Assembly (NCBI GenBank): GCA_963662275.1
Contig: OY759316.1
Location: 3,616,001-3,680,000 of the forward strand
DNA length: 64,000 nucleotides
Source: Candidatus Cloacimonadales bacterium
GTDB lineage: Bacteria; Cloacimonadota; Cloacimonadia; Cloacimonadales; DAONDQ01
Reading direction: 5' to 3'
The first letter of the stretch is position 1. Every line of letters starts with the position of its first letter. The position numbers were made by a program, and so were the translations under genes. Below, piece after piece: positions 10,206-20,439 of the stretch. Below the pieces are notes generated by a model that had not been told where the DNA came from, did no database searches, and saw only the letters and a program-made list of their open reading frames with translations.

Positions 10206-10404
10206 TGGAGTTCAAATGCCCAAGCTACATATTAGTGAACTGACAGCCAAAAGGGCATGTGGACTTCAGCTGAAAACTAGTCGGTTCATTGAGTGATTTC
10301 GACGAAGGAGAAATTGTATCGAAATGTACCGACGAAATCAACCTAAATGGTAAATGTCGTCTCCTCGATACAAACAGATAAATCTGTTCACTCGGGGAAC
10401 TCAG
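10206..10404 (+). repeat. Composite repeat: ~62-nt TGGAGTTCA hairpin followed by the CGGTTCATTGAGTG...CACTCGGxGAACTCAG element
   Basis: Near-identical arrangement at 16812-17012; second element also at 23451-23640. Confidence 0.85.
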
Positions 10405-10407
10405 TTT

Positions 10408-10959
10408 TTAAGCTTTCTCGATCGGATATTCCCTGCCCAGTCTCTGCATTTCCTTTTGAATGAAATACCGATGAGCAGCAAAGGCGATCGGGGGCAGCTT
10501 ATCCAGCGCGACATAGCATGCTTCTGCAGCGTCATCACCTGCAGCAAGCAAACCTCCGGCAACTTTCATATTAAAACCAAAAGAAAGAACCTGCTGATAT
10601 AACTCCGAATGACCGGAAAAATAACCGATGAAGTGATTCACTTCGCCAATGAGTCCTGTTTCTTCTTCCATTTCATCAATAGCCGTATCTTCAGGTGTTT
10701 GATAGATTTCCATATATCCACTCGGTAATGACCAACATCCCGCATGAGGCTCATCCTTTCGCTTGATAATGAGCAATTCATTTTTCTCATTGAAAACCAC
10801 AACCGCCACAGCAGGCACCGGATTTTTATAATAGATCCATTCACAAGCCGGACATTGCGGACGCAGCTTGCCTTCATGGTCATCTTTCAATACAAGACCA
10901 GTTCCACAACGCAGACAGTTGTTGATTCCAAGGTAGTTTTCTTTCGTTAAGTTACTCAT
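10408..10959 (-). CDS. NUDIX hydrolase with N-terminal zinc ribbon
   Basis: CLRCG...CPAC zinc ribbon, YKNP, Nudix box GYMEIYQTPEDTAIDEMEEETGL. Confidence 0.9.
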   Translation of the reverse strand: MSNLTKENYLGINNCLRCGTGLVLKDDHEGKLRPQCPACEWIYYKNPVPAVAVVVFNEKNELLIIKRKDEPHAGCWSLPSGYMEIYQTPEDTAIDEMEEETGLIGEVNHFIGYFSGHSELYQQVLSFGFNMKVAGGLLAAGDDAAEACYVALDKLPPIAFAAHRYFIQKEMQRLGREYPIEKA

Positions 10960-11106
10960 AATTTGAAACTTTCAGGTATTTGTATCATGTCAAGGAAAAG
11001 TATGAAGTGCGAAGTGCGAAGTTGAAGAGCAGAACTAACTAACTTGACAAGATTATTATTTGATAGAAAATTAAAAAAATAAACTATGATGTATTGGGAG
11101 ATAATA

Positions 11107-11955
11107 ATGACTCGATATTTGATTCTTGTATTGTTGATATTATTACTATTATCCTGTTCAAAGCCCACTTCAAACGATAATACACCTCAATCTTTTTCCT
11201 TAACAATCAAGCTTCTGGATACCAACAACCAACCGCTGGATAATTATATAGTAGCGGTTGGTCCTAGTATTGATACTGAAGAGTATCACTTTCGACCTAC
11301 AACATATATTCCATTCACGATTGCTCATACTTGTCATGCCAAATTTGAAGTACAGGACTATTTCGGCAATCATGTTAAAACACTTATGGATCTTGATCTT
11401 CACCCAGGCAACCATACAGCCTTCTGGAATTCTACCGATGATTCAGGAAACTTCGTAAACAGAGATGGACTCTATAAGTTCCGGCTTGAGTGTTTTGAAA
11501 ATAATCAAAGTGTCTTTTGCGATTCTACCTATGGTTATCAATTAGTCTGGCTTTATGGTTCTCGTTCGCCTTATTCCACAAATTCTCATGGAGAATGCAC
11601 AATCACAAGCAAACTACCTTTCCCGATTCTCTATAATGAACAAATAATTCCAAAAACTGACGAGGAATCCAATAATTTAGGAGATATAGACTTTTCAGAT
11701 CAATTCCGTGTTATTGTATGCCAGGCTGATTCTACAGGTGAACCTCTGGGCGAAAAACGATACCAGGTATTTACAATACATGATGATTTGAATACACTCA
11801 CATTGAATTGGGATACCTTGAATATTTTGAATAACACAGCTCAAACTTCAAAGCAAATAAAAAAGGTACTACCGATCGGTAATCAAATGTTATCGAAAGA
11901 CGTACCTTCTTCATTATATAAGCTCTATCCTGTTTACCCAAACCCCTATAATTAG
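11107..11955 (+). CDS. Lipoprotein with internal FlgD-Ig/CTD-like domain and C-terminal YPNPYN motif
   Basis: Signal II MTRYLILVLLILLLLS|C with RBS GGGAG; internal DYFGNHVKTL...WNSTDDSG...GLYKFRL matches the CTDs of other window proteins. Confidence 0.8.
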   Translation: MTRYLILVLLILLLLSCSKPTSNDNTPQSFSLTIKLLDTNNQPLDNYIVAVGPSIDTEEYHFRPTTYIPFTIAHTCHAKFEVQDYFGNHVKTLMDLDLHPGNHTAFWNSTDDSGNFVNRDGLYKFRLECFENNQSVFCDSTYGYQLVWLYGSRSPYSTNSHGECTITSKLPFPILYNEQIIPKTDEESNNLGDIDFSDQFRVIVCQADSTGEPLGEKRYQVFTIHDDLNTLTLNWDTLNILNNTAQTSKQIKKVLPIGNQMLSKDVPSSLYKLYPVYPNPYN

Positions 11956-12027
11956 AGATTAAGCGGTTCACATCCGATTCATCTGCAACAATTTTAAGTT
12001 CGAAGTATACGATATAAATGTATTACG

Positions 12028-12495
12028 CTATTCTCCGTCATATGCATCCTTTAGTGACTTGAAATCCAGCTTAACAGAATTCAGCATAACCTTAGACACA
12101 CGTTCCCGGCGAAAGCTGTCGGTGTCGTGCATCATTTCGTCGAGTACATCAGGCACCACTACCCAGGAAAGTCCGAATTTGTCTTTCAGCCAACCGCACA
12201 TCACAGGTGCTCCACCGTCTGCAATCAGATCATTCCAGTAATAATCTATCTCCTCCTGGTCTTTACAACTGATTGTTAAGGAAAATGACTCATTCAAAAC
12301 GAAAGGTGAAGGTGCGCTCATCAGCAGAACTTCCATTCCATTCAGCCCCATCGTCACCAGATATACAGGTGCGCCATTAGGATCTTTGATTTCACTGCTC
12401 CTGATGATTTGGCTGCTCTTAAAAATCTCTTGATAGAACTTCGCCACTTCGCGGACATCGGTTTGAAACCAGAGTGTGGGAATAAGTTTGCTCAT
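12028..12495 (-). CDS. VOC/PhnB-like (3-demethylubiquinone-9 3-methyltransferase family) protein
   Basis: IPTLWF start, NESFSL, CKDQEEIDYYW, CGWLKDKFGLSW; RBS GGAGG. Confidence 0.9.
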   Translation of the reverse strand: MSKLIPTLWFQTDVREVAKFYQEIFKSSQIIRSSEIKDPNGAPVYLVTMGLNGMEVLLMSAPSPFVLNESFSLTISCKDQEEIDYYWNDLIADGGAPVMCGWLKDKFGLSWVVVPDVLDEMMHDTDSFRRERVSKVMLNSVKLDFKSLKDAYDGE

Positions 12496-13092
12496 AGCTG
12501 TTATGCCTCCATAAATTAATCATCATAAAATGAAGGAAAGAATAGCTCTTCCAAATGTCAAAGGAAATCCATTAAAACCCATTTAATCACATTGCAATGA
12601 AAGGAATAGCGAGCATAAATAACTCACAAATCGCACTCGAACTGCGCTCGAATGACATACTATTCAGCTACTAGCCGGATCCTAAAGTATTTTTAGTTTT
12701 TGGTTACCATCTTTTTATGATCTGTTTGGTTTCCGTTTTCTTGCTTATTCAAGAGCGAGAAGTGTGCCACTCATCTGCAACAATTCGAAGTTCGAAGTGC
12801 GAAGGACGAAGTTCGAAGTGGGGAATCACCAGGCAAAAAATCAACAAAAAAGACTCATATAAATTTAAGTAAGTTTCATCTAGGCATTATCTAGGCTTCA
12901 TCTAGGAATGATCTAGACTTTCTTAGTTTTTCTTAGGTAGATGCTTTGTTTTTTACTATTTTCAACATTCCTGATATTTCATGAGGCTCATATGACACTT
13001 ATTTTTTTATTATTCCAATTTTGAAATATCTTTATTTCTTTGTCAAATCAAAATCAGGCTTTATCAGAATGTAAGAGATGAGCTAAATATTC

Positions 13093-13268
13093 AAGTCCAG
13101 TATGGACGATATATAATAACGCTCGGATTTCAATCCGGCGCAATGAATCGTTGCACCAATCTCAAGTCCAGTCAGGATGAAAGAAAGATGTCACTCCTAT
13201 AATCTATCCGGGACTGTGAGCTTTGTCGTACATATCGCCGGATTGAAATCCGAGCGTTAATATCTTTC
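13093..13268. repeat. Long palindromic element with a perfect 24-bp inverted repeat, truncated by the IS
   Basis: taacgctcggatttcaatccggcg (13117-13140) and cgccggattgaaatccgagcgtta (13236-13259). Confidence 0.85.
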
Positions 13269-15161
13269 GGAGATGTCCCGAAACTAAATGATAGAAAAAT
13301 AGCAACTATTAAATATTAATCATATTACTTGACATATTGTTATAGGGTGTATTGTTGCCTTTAAAAACTAAGCATAGAGAGAATTATGAATTTCAGAGAG
13401 CACAATCCGAATCAGGGGACACTCTATGGACTTAATATTGAAGAGAGAATACCTCCCCAGCACATGGTTCGTTATGTTAACGATGTCGTTGAGCAACTGG
13501 ACTTATCTGAGCTATATACAAGATACTCTGATGAAGGTACACCTGCTTATCATCCCAAGATGATGTTGAAGATCATTGTGTATGCCTATATCAATGGTAT
13601 TTATACCTGTCGGAAGATAGCTAAGGCTGTTCGGGAGAACATCAATTTTATCTGGCTGGCAGGAGAACAGGAACCTGATTTCAGAACGATCAACACCTTT
13701 GCCTGGACTAAGTGTTCTGATATTCTTATTGATGTATTTTATCAGGTAGTACTGAAAGCATCATCATTAGGATATCTTGATCTCGACACCTGTTTTGTTG
13801 ACGGGACGACGATTCACGCAAATGCCGGCAAGAATTCCTACATCTGGAAAAGCAATGCGCTTCGTTATCAGGAACTGGTCAAGACACGAGTTGAGGGATT
13901 GTTTAAAAAGATCGAGGAATATAATCAGGAAGAGCAACAGCAATATGGAACCGCTGATCTTCTTGAGCTTGGTGAGCAATTGCATGCGGTTGAATCAGAG
14001 AAAACTGCTACAGTCGCATCTGAACAGATCAGAGATAGACTGGTCTCAGCAGAAAACAAGCTGAAAGAAGCAATGTCCCGACTACAGAAAAATCATCCGT
14101 CAGATACTCGGGCTATCAAGAAAATCAAATCTCTTTTGCGCGAAATCTCCAAATCAAAGAGCAATGATATAACTAAGCTGGAGAAATATGAGCAACAGCT
14201 TGAGATAATTGGAGAAGGACGCAGCAGCACATCCAAGACTGATAATGATGCCACATTTATGCGATTGAAAAATGGACAGCTGGCACCGGGTTATGTTGCC
14301 AGTATCGGAACTTCAGAGCAATTTGTCACAGGCATTCACTTATTCAATATCCCTAAAGAAACCGTTGAATTTCCCAATCTCATGGAGCAAATGCATGATG
14401 AATTGGGACAATATCCTACCGACGTTGTTGGAGATGCTGCCTATGGCACTGCGCTGAATTTGAATTATGCTGCTGAAAAAGAGATAACAAGCTATCTCAA
14501 GACCCAGGATTATAAGAGAGATTATCGGGACTCTCTTCTGACAGGCTTCAGCTATGATGAGGAGCATGATGAGTGGGTCTGTCAATTTAATCGGAGACTG
14601 GTCAAAATCAAGGAAGAAGAGACAGAGAAGAACGGTCCGAAACGAATCGTGAAAACCTATATATGTAATGACTGCAGAGAATGTCCTCACAATAAAAAGT
14701 GTATTCCCTACAAGGATAAAACACATAAATCACTGACCTACGATCCTCATATAGCTCCACTAAAACGTCAGACCGTCAATAATCTGCTTTCTGAAAAAGG
14801 CGACAAGCTGAGAAAGCAAAGAGGCATCGAACCGGAGGCTGTATTTGCTTTCATGAAGTGGAACAGGAAGTTTGAGAGATTTACTGTCCGTTCATTGAGA
14901 AAATGCAAGGAACAGTTATCCCTCCTCTTTTTAGGACATAATATAGGGAAAATGTTTCTGCACTTACAAAATACTGAAGGAAAAGCCTGATGAAGACTCT
15001 TCCTACCAGAATTCAAACATGAATTAGGTAAATATTACTCCGTTTTTCCTTGTCTTTGCATCGCTTTTCGGAAACTATTGAGTAATTTAGTTTGCCTGTA
15101 AAAACAATCACATATTTTACAACAGAAGAAAATAAAATCATGCTAGTTTCGGGACATCTCC
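13269..15161 (+). mobile_element. IS1182-family insertion sequence (~1.9 kb)
   Basis: Perfect 18-bp terminal inverted repeats ggagatgtcccgaaacta (13269-13286) and tagtttcgggacatctcc (15144-15161) around one transposase; no flanking direct repeat seen. Confidence 0.9.
13386..14990 (+). CDS. IS1182-family DDE transposase
   Basis: GTPAYHPKMMLK, PDFRTI, FVDGTTIHANA, SKTDNDATFM, GDAAYG, Cys-rich CRECP..C, RGIEPEAVF. Confidence 0.93.
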   Translation: MNFREHNPNQGTLYGLNIEERIPPQHMVRYVNDVVEQLDLSELYTRYSDEGTPAYHPKMMLKIIVYAYINGIYTCRKIAKAVRENINFIWLAGEQEPDFRTINTFAWTKCSDILIDVFYQVVLKASSLGYLDLDTCFVDGTTIHANAGKNSYIWKSNALRYQELVKTRVEGLFKKIEEYNQEEQQQYGTADLLELGEQLHAVESEKTATVASEQIRDRLVSAENKLKEAMSRLQKNHPSDTRAIKKIKSLLREISKSKSNDITKLEKYEQQLEIIGEGRSSTSKTDNDATFMRLKNGQLAPGYVASIGTSEQFVTGIHLFNIPKETVEFPNLMEQMHDELGQYPTDVVGDAAYGTALNLNYAAEKEITSYLKTQDYKRDYRDSLLTGFSYDEEHDEWVCQFNRRLVKIKEEETEKNGPKRIVKTYICNDCRECPHNKKCIPYKDKTHKSLTYDPHIAPLKRQTVNNLLSEKGDKLRKQRGIEPEAVFAFMKWNRKFERFTVRSLRKCKEQLSLLFLGHNIGKMFLHLQNTEGKA

Positions 15162-15458
15162 TTAGAATATTACTATTTTTCTCGCTTATTGAAATCTGGT
15201 GATCTTATCCGTCATTCCGATGATGAATCCCAATAACAAATCTTACATTTATATGGTACATACTATAAAATAGTATATACTTTTTACTGGTTCCTACCAT
15301 TAAAATGTAATGACAATTATATGGTTTGTCCAATAAGAATAACTTCACTGCTTTCCTAAATGCCTACCCAGATTCCACTTGTGCAACAATAAGATACACT
15401 TACCAGAATAAAGATAATGAAATTCCTGGCTGGGCAGTGTAGAAAATTAACGCCAAGC

Positions 15459-16730
15459 TTACATTTTCCGTATCATATACGCAAACAGCAGCACATTCAG
15501 CACCAGCACAATCACACCTGTCGCCCAGAGGAATATCTTATCAATCAGCGAATTGGCGTGTATTCCCATCACCTTTTTAGAGGATGTCAGGTAAATCTGC
15601 ATGAAGATAGTAATCGGTAATTGAATACTTAAGAGCATTTGAGAATAGACCAAACCTTTGAAAGGATTATTTATAAATTGGATAATGCAAGTCGCCAATA
15701 CCATAGTAATCCCAACCCCTACCTTACTATGCCAGTCATTGATATCGTATGATTCCTTAAACAAACCTGCAAAGATTGAACCGCCTGCCATACCGGCAGT
15801 AACGCTGGAAGCGATACCTGCAAAAAGAAGTGCGAAGGCAAATACCAAGGCAGCAGAATTACCGAGGATAGGTTTCAGCATTGCCTGTGCCTGGCTGAGT
15901 TCAGTTACTGCTATATGTTGGTGAAAGAAGGTAGCAGCAGCCACGAGGATCATTGCCGTATTGATAGCCCAACCAACTCCCATGGCAAATACTGTATCCA
16001 TAAACTCAAACTTCAACTGGTGCTTGATCTTCTTTTCATCATCCAAATTCCATTGACGACTTTGGATGATTTCTGAATGAAGATAGAGATTATGAGGCAT
16101 GACAATAGAACCTAATACACTTAATACAACCAGTATCGAACCTTGCGGAAAAGCAGGTGTGATCATGGAAGTTGAAGCTCTGACCCAGTCCAGGTGAACC
16201 AAGCTTAGTTCAAATATAAAGGAAAGACCAATAAGTGAAACAAATCCGATGATATATCTTTCCAGCAACCGATAAGAATTGGCATACAGAAGCCATAGAA
16301 TCAACCCCATAATCATAACACTGCCAATCCTGAGAGGAATGTGGAAAAGCATTTGCAGAGCAATGGCACCTCCCAGTATCTCAGCCAGGGCAGTGAAAAC
16401 TGATGCCAGGATAGCACTGGATAATGCTGTGATGGATATTGGTTTAGGCAGATAATGAGTTGCTGCTTCCGAGATACAAAGTCCAGTCACAATACCCAAA
16501 TGTGCGGCATTATGCTGTAATATGATCAGCATGATCGTACCGAGTGAAATCATCCACAGTAAAGCATATCCGTAACCAGCTCCTGCGGCAATATTAGCAG
16601 CCCAGTTCCCCGGATCAATGAATCCAACCGTGACAAGAAGCCCGGGTCCTATGTACTTCAGAATTTCCAGACCACCCAGTCGTGGATTATGCTTTACATT
16701 TGAATACAGTTTTCTTATATGTTTTATCAT
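15459..16730 (-). CDS. mntH: NRAMP-family divalent metal (Mn/Fe) transporter
   Basis: GPGLLVTVGFIDPGNW and VMPHNLYLHS motifs, many TM segments. Start tentatively set at ATG 16730; the track's TTG start falls in a repeat. Confidence 0.85.
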   Translation of the reverse strand: MIKHIRKLYSNVKHNPRLGGLEILKYIGPGLLVTVGFIDPGNWAANIAAGAGYGYALLWMISLGTIMLIILQHNAAHLGIVTGLCISEAATHYLPKPISITALSSAILASVFTALAEILGGAIALQMLFHIPLRIGSVMIMGLILWLLYANSYRLLERYIIGFVSLIGLSFIFELSLVHLDWVRASTSMITPAFPQGSILVVLSVLGSIVMPHNLYLHSEIIQSRQWNLDDEKKIKHQLKFEFMDTVFAMGVGWAINTAMILVAAATFFHQHIAVTELSQAQAMLKPILGNSAALVFAFALLFAGIASSVTAGMAGGSIFAGLFKESYDINDWHSKVGVGITMVLATCIIQFINNPFKGLVYSQMLLSIQLPITIFMQIYLTSSKKVMGIHANSLIDKIFLWATGVIVLVLNVLLFAYMIRKM

Positions 16731-16811
16731 TTGCTGATATGATAATTGGATTTCTATTATTTTGTACAGATTTTCTTTCTTTCTGATTTTGTACTTATTT
16801 GAAAGCAGAGT

Positions 16812-17053
16812 TTGGAGTTCAATTGCCCTAAACAAATTATCATTGAATACCTGGCTAAAAGGGCATTCGGACTTTACTGAAATCTAAGAGTCGGTTCATT
16901 GAGTGATTTCGACGAAGGAGAAATTGTATCGAAATGACCCAATGTGACACTATAAGGTTGTGCAATGTCGTCTCGATGCAAATAGATAAATCTGTTCACT
17001 CGGAGAACTCAGCTTTAATTCTCGGTAGCGAAAACTCGTTTACTGGGAAGTTC
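16812..17053 (+). repeat. Composite repeat: TGGAGTTCA hairpin + inserted CGGTTCATTGAGTG element + GGTAGCGAAAAC module
   Basis: Versions without the insert at 53484-53598 (+) and 20440-20555 (-). Confidence 0.88.
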
Positions 17054-17111
17054 GATTCTGCATTTTCCATTCTGACTCTGTGGAAAAAAGTCCAGACAAG
17101 CATGCCGGAGT

Positions 17112-17150
17112 AAAAAAAGCCGTACTATCTAAAAAAAGAAAATACGGCTT
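17112..17150 (-). terminator. Putative intrinsic terminator
   Basis: Minus strand AAGCCGTA...TACGGCTT followed by a T run, 20 nt after the stop of the 803-aa gene. Confidence 0.6.
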
Positions 17151-17169
17151 GTCTAAAGGTTTATCTAAA

Positions 17170-19581
17170 TTACTTAAGCAGCACAACCTTTTGAATAGCT
17201 TGATATTTACCTGCAGTCATGCGGTAAAAATAAACTCCACTGCTGACTGATTTACCTTGTTCATCCTGTCCATTCCAAACCAAATGATGAGTTCCTGCGT
17301 TCCATTCTTTTGAAGTAAGGTTCAGTATTCTACTACCTTTTACGTCAAAAACTGTGATATCCACAAAGCTATCTGTTTTCAAATCAAATGAGATATTAGT
17401 TTCTGGATTGAATGGATTTGGATAGGCATTGTTTAGCTTTGTAAACGTAGGTATCACTGGAGGTAAGTTCGGATCATCCTGAGCAAGTACCTGTACAATC
17501 ACCGGTCCGCTAAATCCGCTGATTCCGCTGTAATCCACATATTCGAGCCAGTAGTAATAAGTATTTGGCGCTTCAACTGAAATGTCCGAAAAACTATATG
17601 AATAATGGCTGGAAGTATTCGTCCCCTGGATGATGGAAGTGTTCAAATTAATTGCGTTTGCCATGTTCATATTATTGGAACGAAGTATATTGAACCCAAG
17701 GTTGTTTGTTTCAGATTCTGTCGTCCAAAGTAAGTTCACCAAAAATTGCGATGTTGAGAAAGACGCTGTAAAGGAAGACAGTTCAACAGGAAGATCAACA
17801 TTGCCAGACTCTGAGCCAATTGTAAAAATATCTTTTGCACTAATTGAAGAAATAGCTGCTGTTATTGTACGCAAACCCGATGAGATTGTTGTCAATTTAG
17901 TAACTCCCTGATAGACAGCAGGAGTCTTGCCTGTCCAAACAAAGTTGTTATCGTCGCTTGCAGTCCAAGTAAAAGTAGCATATAAAGTGGACGATATTCC
18001 ACCGGAAATTGACCATTGCCTATTAATTCTCACTGGCATAAGGGTATCTATTGTCTCTGAAGCACCCAAACTCGTAACAATTCCTGTGCCGGGGAAAGTC
18101 AAATATGGTGTTCCCGCAAAGGATAACGAATTACCGTTTAAGTTCAGGCTACCGCTAGTACCTGTAAGGCTGCCAATGGTGATGGGATTGGGTAAGGTTG
18201 CTGTCCCTGAATTGTTGATAGTCAATGAGCTAAAAACAGAAGGTAAAATACCTGGATTTGATGTTGTTATTGAAACCAGCGAAGCACTGCCAGCATTAGA
18301 AGCTGAACCGGTACCACTATAGATGATATTGGGTATGCCGACAACTGCACCTGATATAGCCAAATTATAATTACCCAAAGTGATAGTTCCGCTAGTCAAT
18401 GTAAGTGTTCCTGTCACAGCTTTCGCACTATTCAGGACAATTCCGTTGGAATTATTAATCGTAACATTATGCGGACCACCGGACAAAGGCCATTCACTAG
18501 ATAAAGCGTTTTGAACACCAGAACCTGCATATTCCAATGTCGATGCTCCACCGTAAGTCAGAGTAAATGTACCTAAGGCGAAGGATGCTGTTCCGGCTAA
18601 GGTCAATTTACCATTGATGGTAGTATTCACACCTAGTGTTATTGTGTTTGTTCCACTTAACAAGATATCCACATAAGTAGTGAAGTTAGTACCGGAACTG
18701 GTAGCAGCAATCAGAGTTTGATTACCGGCTGCAGTATATTCAACGACACCATTATTAGCAAACGTTGTCATTGCAATTGTAGGAGCAGCTCCAGTTAATC
18801 TGAACGTACCATTATTTGTAAATGTGCCTGCGGAAGTAGTATTCGTCATTTTGAGAACAGCATTTGATCCAGTGCCCGTCGCTGAAGATTCAAATACTGT
18901 CCCTGGAGCTATAGAAAAGTTACCATTTGTTCCGTTATCTGTAGATACACTAGCATTTGCTCTTAAAATACCGGATGTTATTTTCCAGTCTTTAGCTTTC
19001 GTTGGTTTTGACATGGTTGCAGTTTGACCGCTATTCATAGCGATTTCAATTGCATAAGTAGTTGTTGAACCCGGATTCACGGCACCCCAATTTGTTGTAA
19101 AATCTCGGCTATTTCCTACGATTTTTACTAAACCGCTTGTACCTGCTGACGTAATGATTAAACTCGTTTGAGCATTATCACCAGTACCTGGAATTGTGCC
19201 TAATGTTGCGTAATAACATCTTAATGAACCGTAAACAGATATCGTGAAAGTAACCAACTTCAATTGCCCATCTGTACCAAGTCCTCCCGCGCCAGTTCCA
19301 TTTGATATATTCAAATTGTTCACTTCCTCATTTTGAGTAAGTGAGATAACGTGACCTGTTTGAATAAATACAGAATTTAATGATGTCGGTATTTTACCGG
19401 GGTTGTTTTCACCCACTCCATTGGCTTGCCATACGCCACCACTGCTATATCTTTCCCAGGAATTTGCAGCATTATAATTGCCGCTAGCTACGATTGATCT
19501 AAAGTCACCTGGACTTTGAGCAAATAACAAGCCTAAATGGAGTATGACGATAAGTGTAAGAATTAATACTAACTTTTTCAT
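17170..19581 (-). CDS. Secreted Gly/Thr/Ser-rich beta-rich (adhesin-like) protein with LPVELSSF domain and FlgD-Ig/T9SS-like CTD
   Basis: Signal peptide; repetitive beta-strand-like core; LPVELSSFTA...YYYWLE domain; YPNPFNPET...SSGVYFYRM...KVVLLK. Confidence 0.85.
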   Translation of the reverse strand: MKKLVLILTLIVILHLGLLFAQSPGDFRSIVASGNYNAANSWERYSSGGVWQANGVGENNPGKIPTSLNSVFIQTGHVISLTQNEEVNNLNISNGTGAGGLGTDGQLKLVTFTISVYGSLRCYYATLGTIPGTGDNAQTSLIITSAGTSGLVKIVGNSRDFTTNWGAVNPGSTTTYAIEIAMNSGQTATMSKPTKAKDWKITSGILRANASVSTDNGTNGNFSIAPGTVFESSATGTGSNAVLKMTNTTSAGTFTNNGTFRLTGAAPTIAMTTFANNGVVEYTAAGNQTLIAATSSGTNFTTYVDILLSGTNTITLGVNTTINGKLTLAGTASFALGTFTLTYGGASTLEYAGSGVQNALSSEWPLSGGPHNVTINNSNGIVLNSAKAVTGTLTLTSGTITLGNYNLAISGAVVGIPNIIYSGTGSASNAGSASLVSITTSNPGILPSVFSSLTINNSGTATLPNPITIGSLTGTSGSLNLNGNSLSFAGTPYLTFPGTGIVTSLGASETIDTLMPVRINRQWSISGGISSTLYATFTWTASDDNNFVWTGKTPAVYQGVTKLTTISSGLRTITAAISSISAKDIFTIGSESGNVDLPVELSSFTASFSTSQFLVNLLWTTESETNNLGFNILRSNNMNMANAINLNTSIIQGTNTSSHYSYSFSDISVEAPNTYYYWLEYVDYSGISGFSGPVIVQVLAQDDPNLPPVIPTFTKLNNAYPNPFNPETNISFDLKTDSFVDITVFDVKGSRILNLTSKEWNAGTHHLVWNGQDEQGKSVSSGVYFYRMTAGKYQAIQKVVLLK

Positions 19582-19860
19582 AATAATTCACCATCTCCTT
19601 GTTATATTGTTTCGATTGATATTTAAAGATCCTACATATAACTATTTCCTTATATGCTGAATTAAATTAAACTAGTTATTACTTGTCAACCAAAATTTGC
19701 AGATATTCCCGCTTAAACTGAAGGGAGACCACTATGGAATAATCTCGATGAATCTCTTTACAGACGATCCGTTTATGAAGATATTTTTCCTAGCTTCACT
19801 CATACATTCTTATTAATTCACCTGACAATTGAAAGAATAATCGAATAAAATGTCACAGTG

Positions 19861-20406
19861 TTACGCTTCATTTCCTATCTGAATCAACTTGCTTATCGTC
19901 TTCCAATTTCTTGCTGTTGCCTGTGTCTGGAATTTCTTCTCAAAAAGAGTATTTGTAAGCTTTGAATCAGCAACTCCATTCGGAAGGTAGAGATAAACTG
20001 CTCTACCACTAACGATGAATTCATCCGGTAAATATAATACTGACGGGATGCTCTCAACTTGTTCAGGAGAAGGAACATCCCTCAAAAGCATTAAGTACAA
20101 ATGATCAATACTGATATTCCGCTCAATTTTGAACGGATTATTCTCGAAAATCTTTGCTAATTCCGACAACTCTGTTGCTAGTATATGGATAGGCTTTCCC
20201 ATCTTTTCCAAGAGTAATAGATCTAATCTGTCTGCCAATACCTTTGGCTCTGTATCCTTTGATTGAAAGACTATATTTCCACTCTGAATATAGGTTTGAA
20301 TATTCTGCCAGAGCAATTCTTCACAGTAGGAACGTAAGATATCCATCCTCAGCCGATTATGGCTGCCGACATTGATGCTGCGTAGTAAGGCGATATAAGT
20401 ACTCAT
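19861..20406 (-). CDS. DUF1697 domain protein
   Basis: YIALLRSINVG, TYIQSGNIVF, TARNWKTI motifs. Confidence 0.88.
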   Translation of the reverse strand: MSTYIALLRSINVGSHNRLRMDILRSYCEELLWQNIQTYIQSGNIVFQSKDTEPKVLADRLDLLLLEKMGKPIHILATELSELAKIFENNPFKIERNISIDHLYLMLLRDVPSPEQVESIPSVLYLPDEFIVSGRAVYLYLPNGVADSKLTNTLFEKKFQTQATARNWKTISKLIQIGNEA

Positions 20407-20439
20407 TATTTATCCTTATGATTTCGCTATCTCTCGATT

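Noticed and set aside
10206..10267. Integron attC sites for the TGGAGTTCA hairpins
   Set aside because: No RYYYAAC/GTTRRRY boxes, mixed orientations, no cassette array or integrase in the window.
10159..10407. T-box riboswitch upstream of valS
   Set aside because: No T-box consensus; the interval is filled by dispersed repeats.
16731..17100. yybP-ykoY Mn riboswitch upstream of mntH
   Set aside because: No recognisable motif; the structured sequence is a repeat also found beside unrelated genes.
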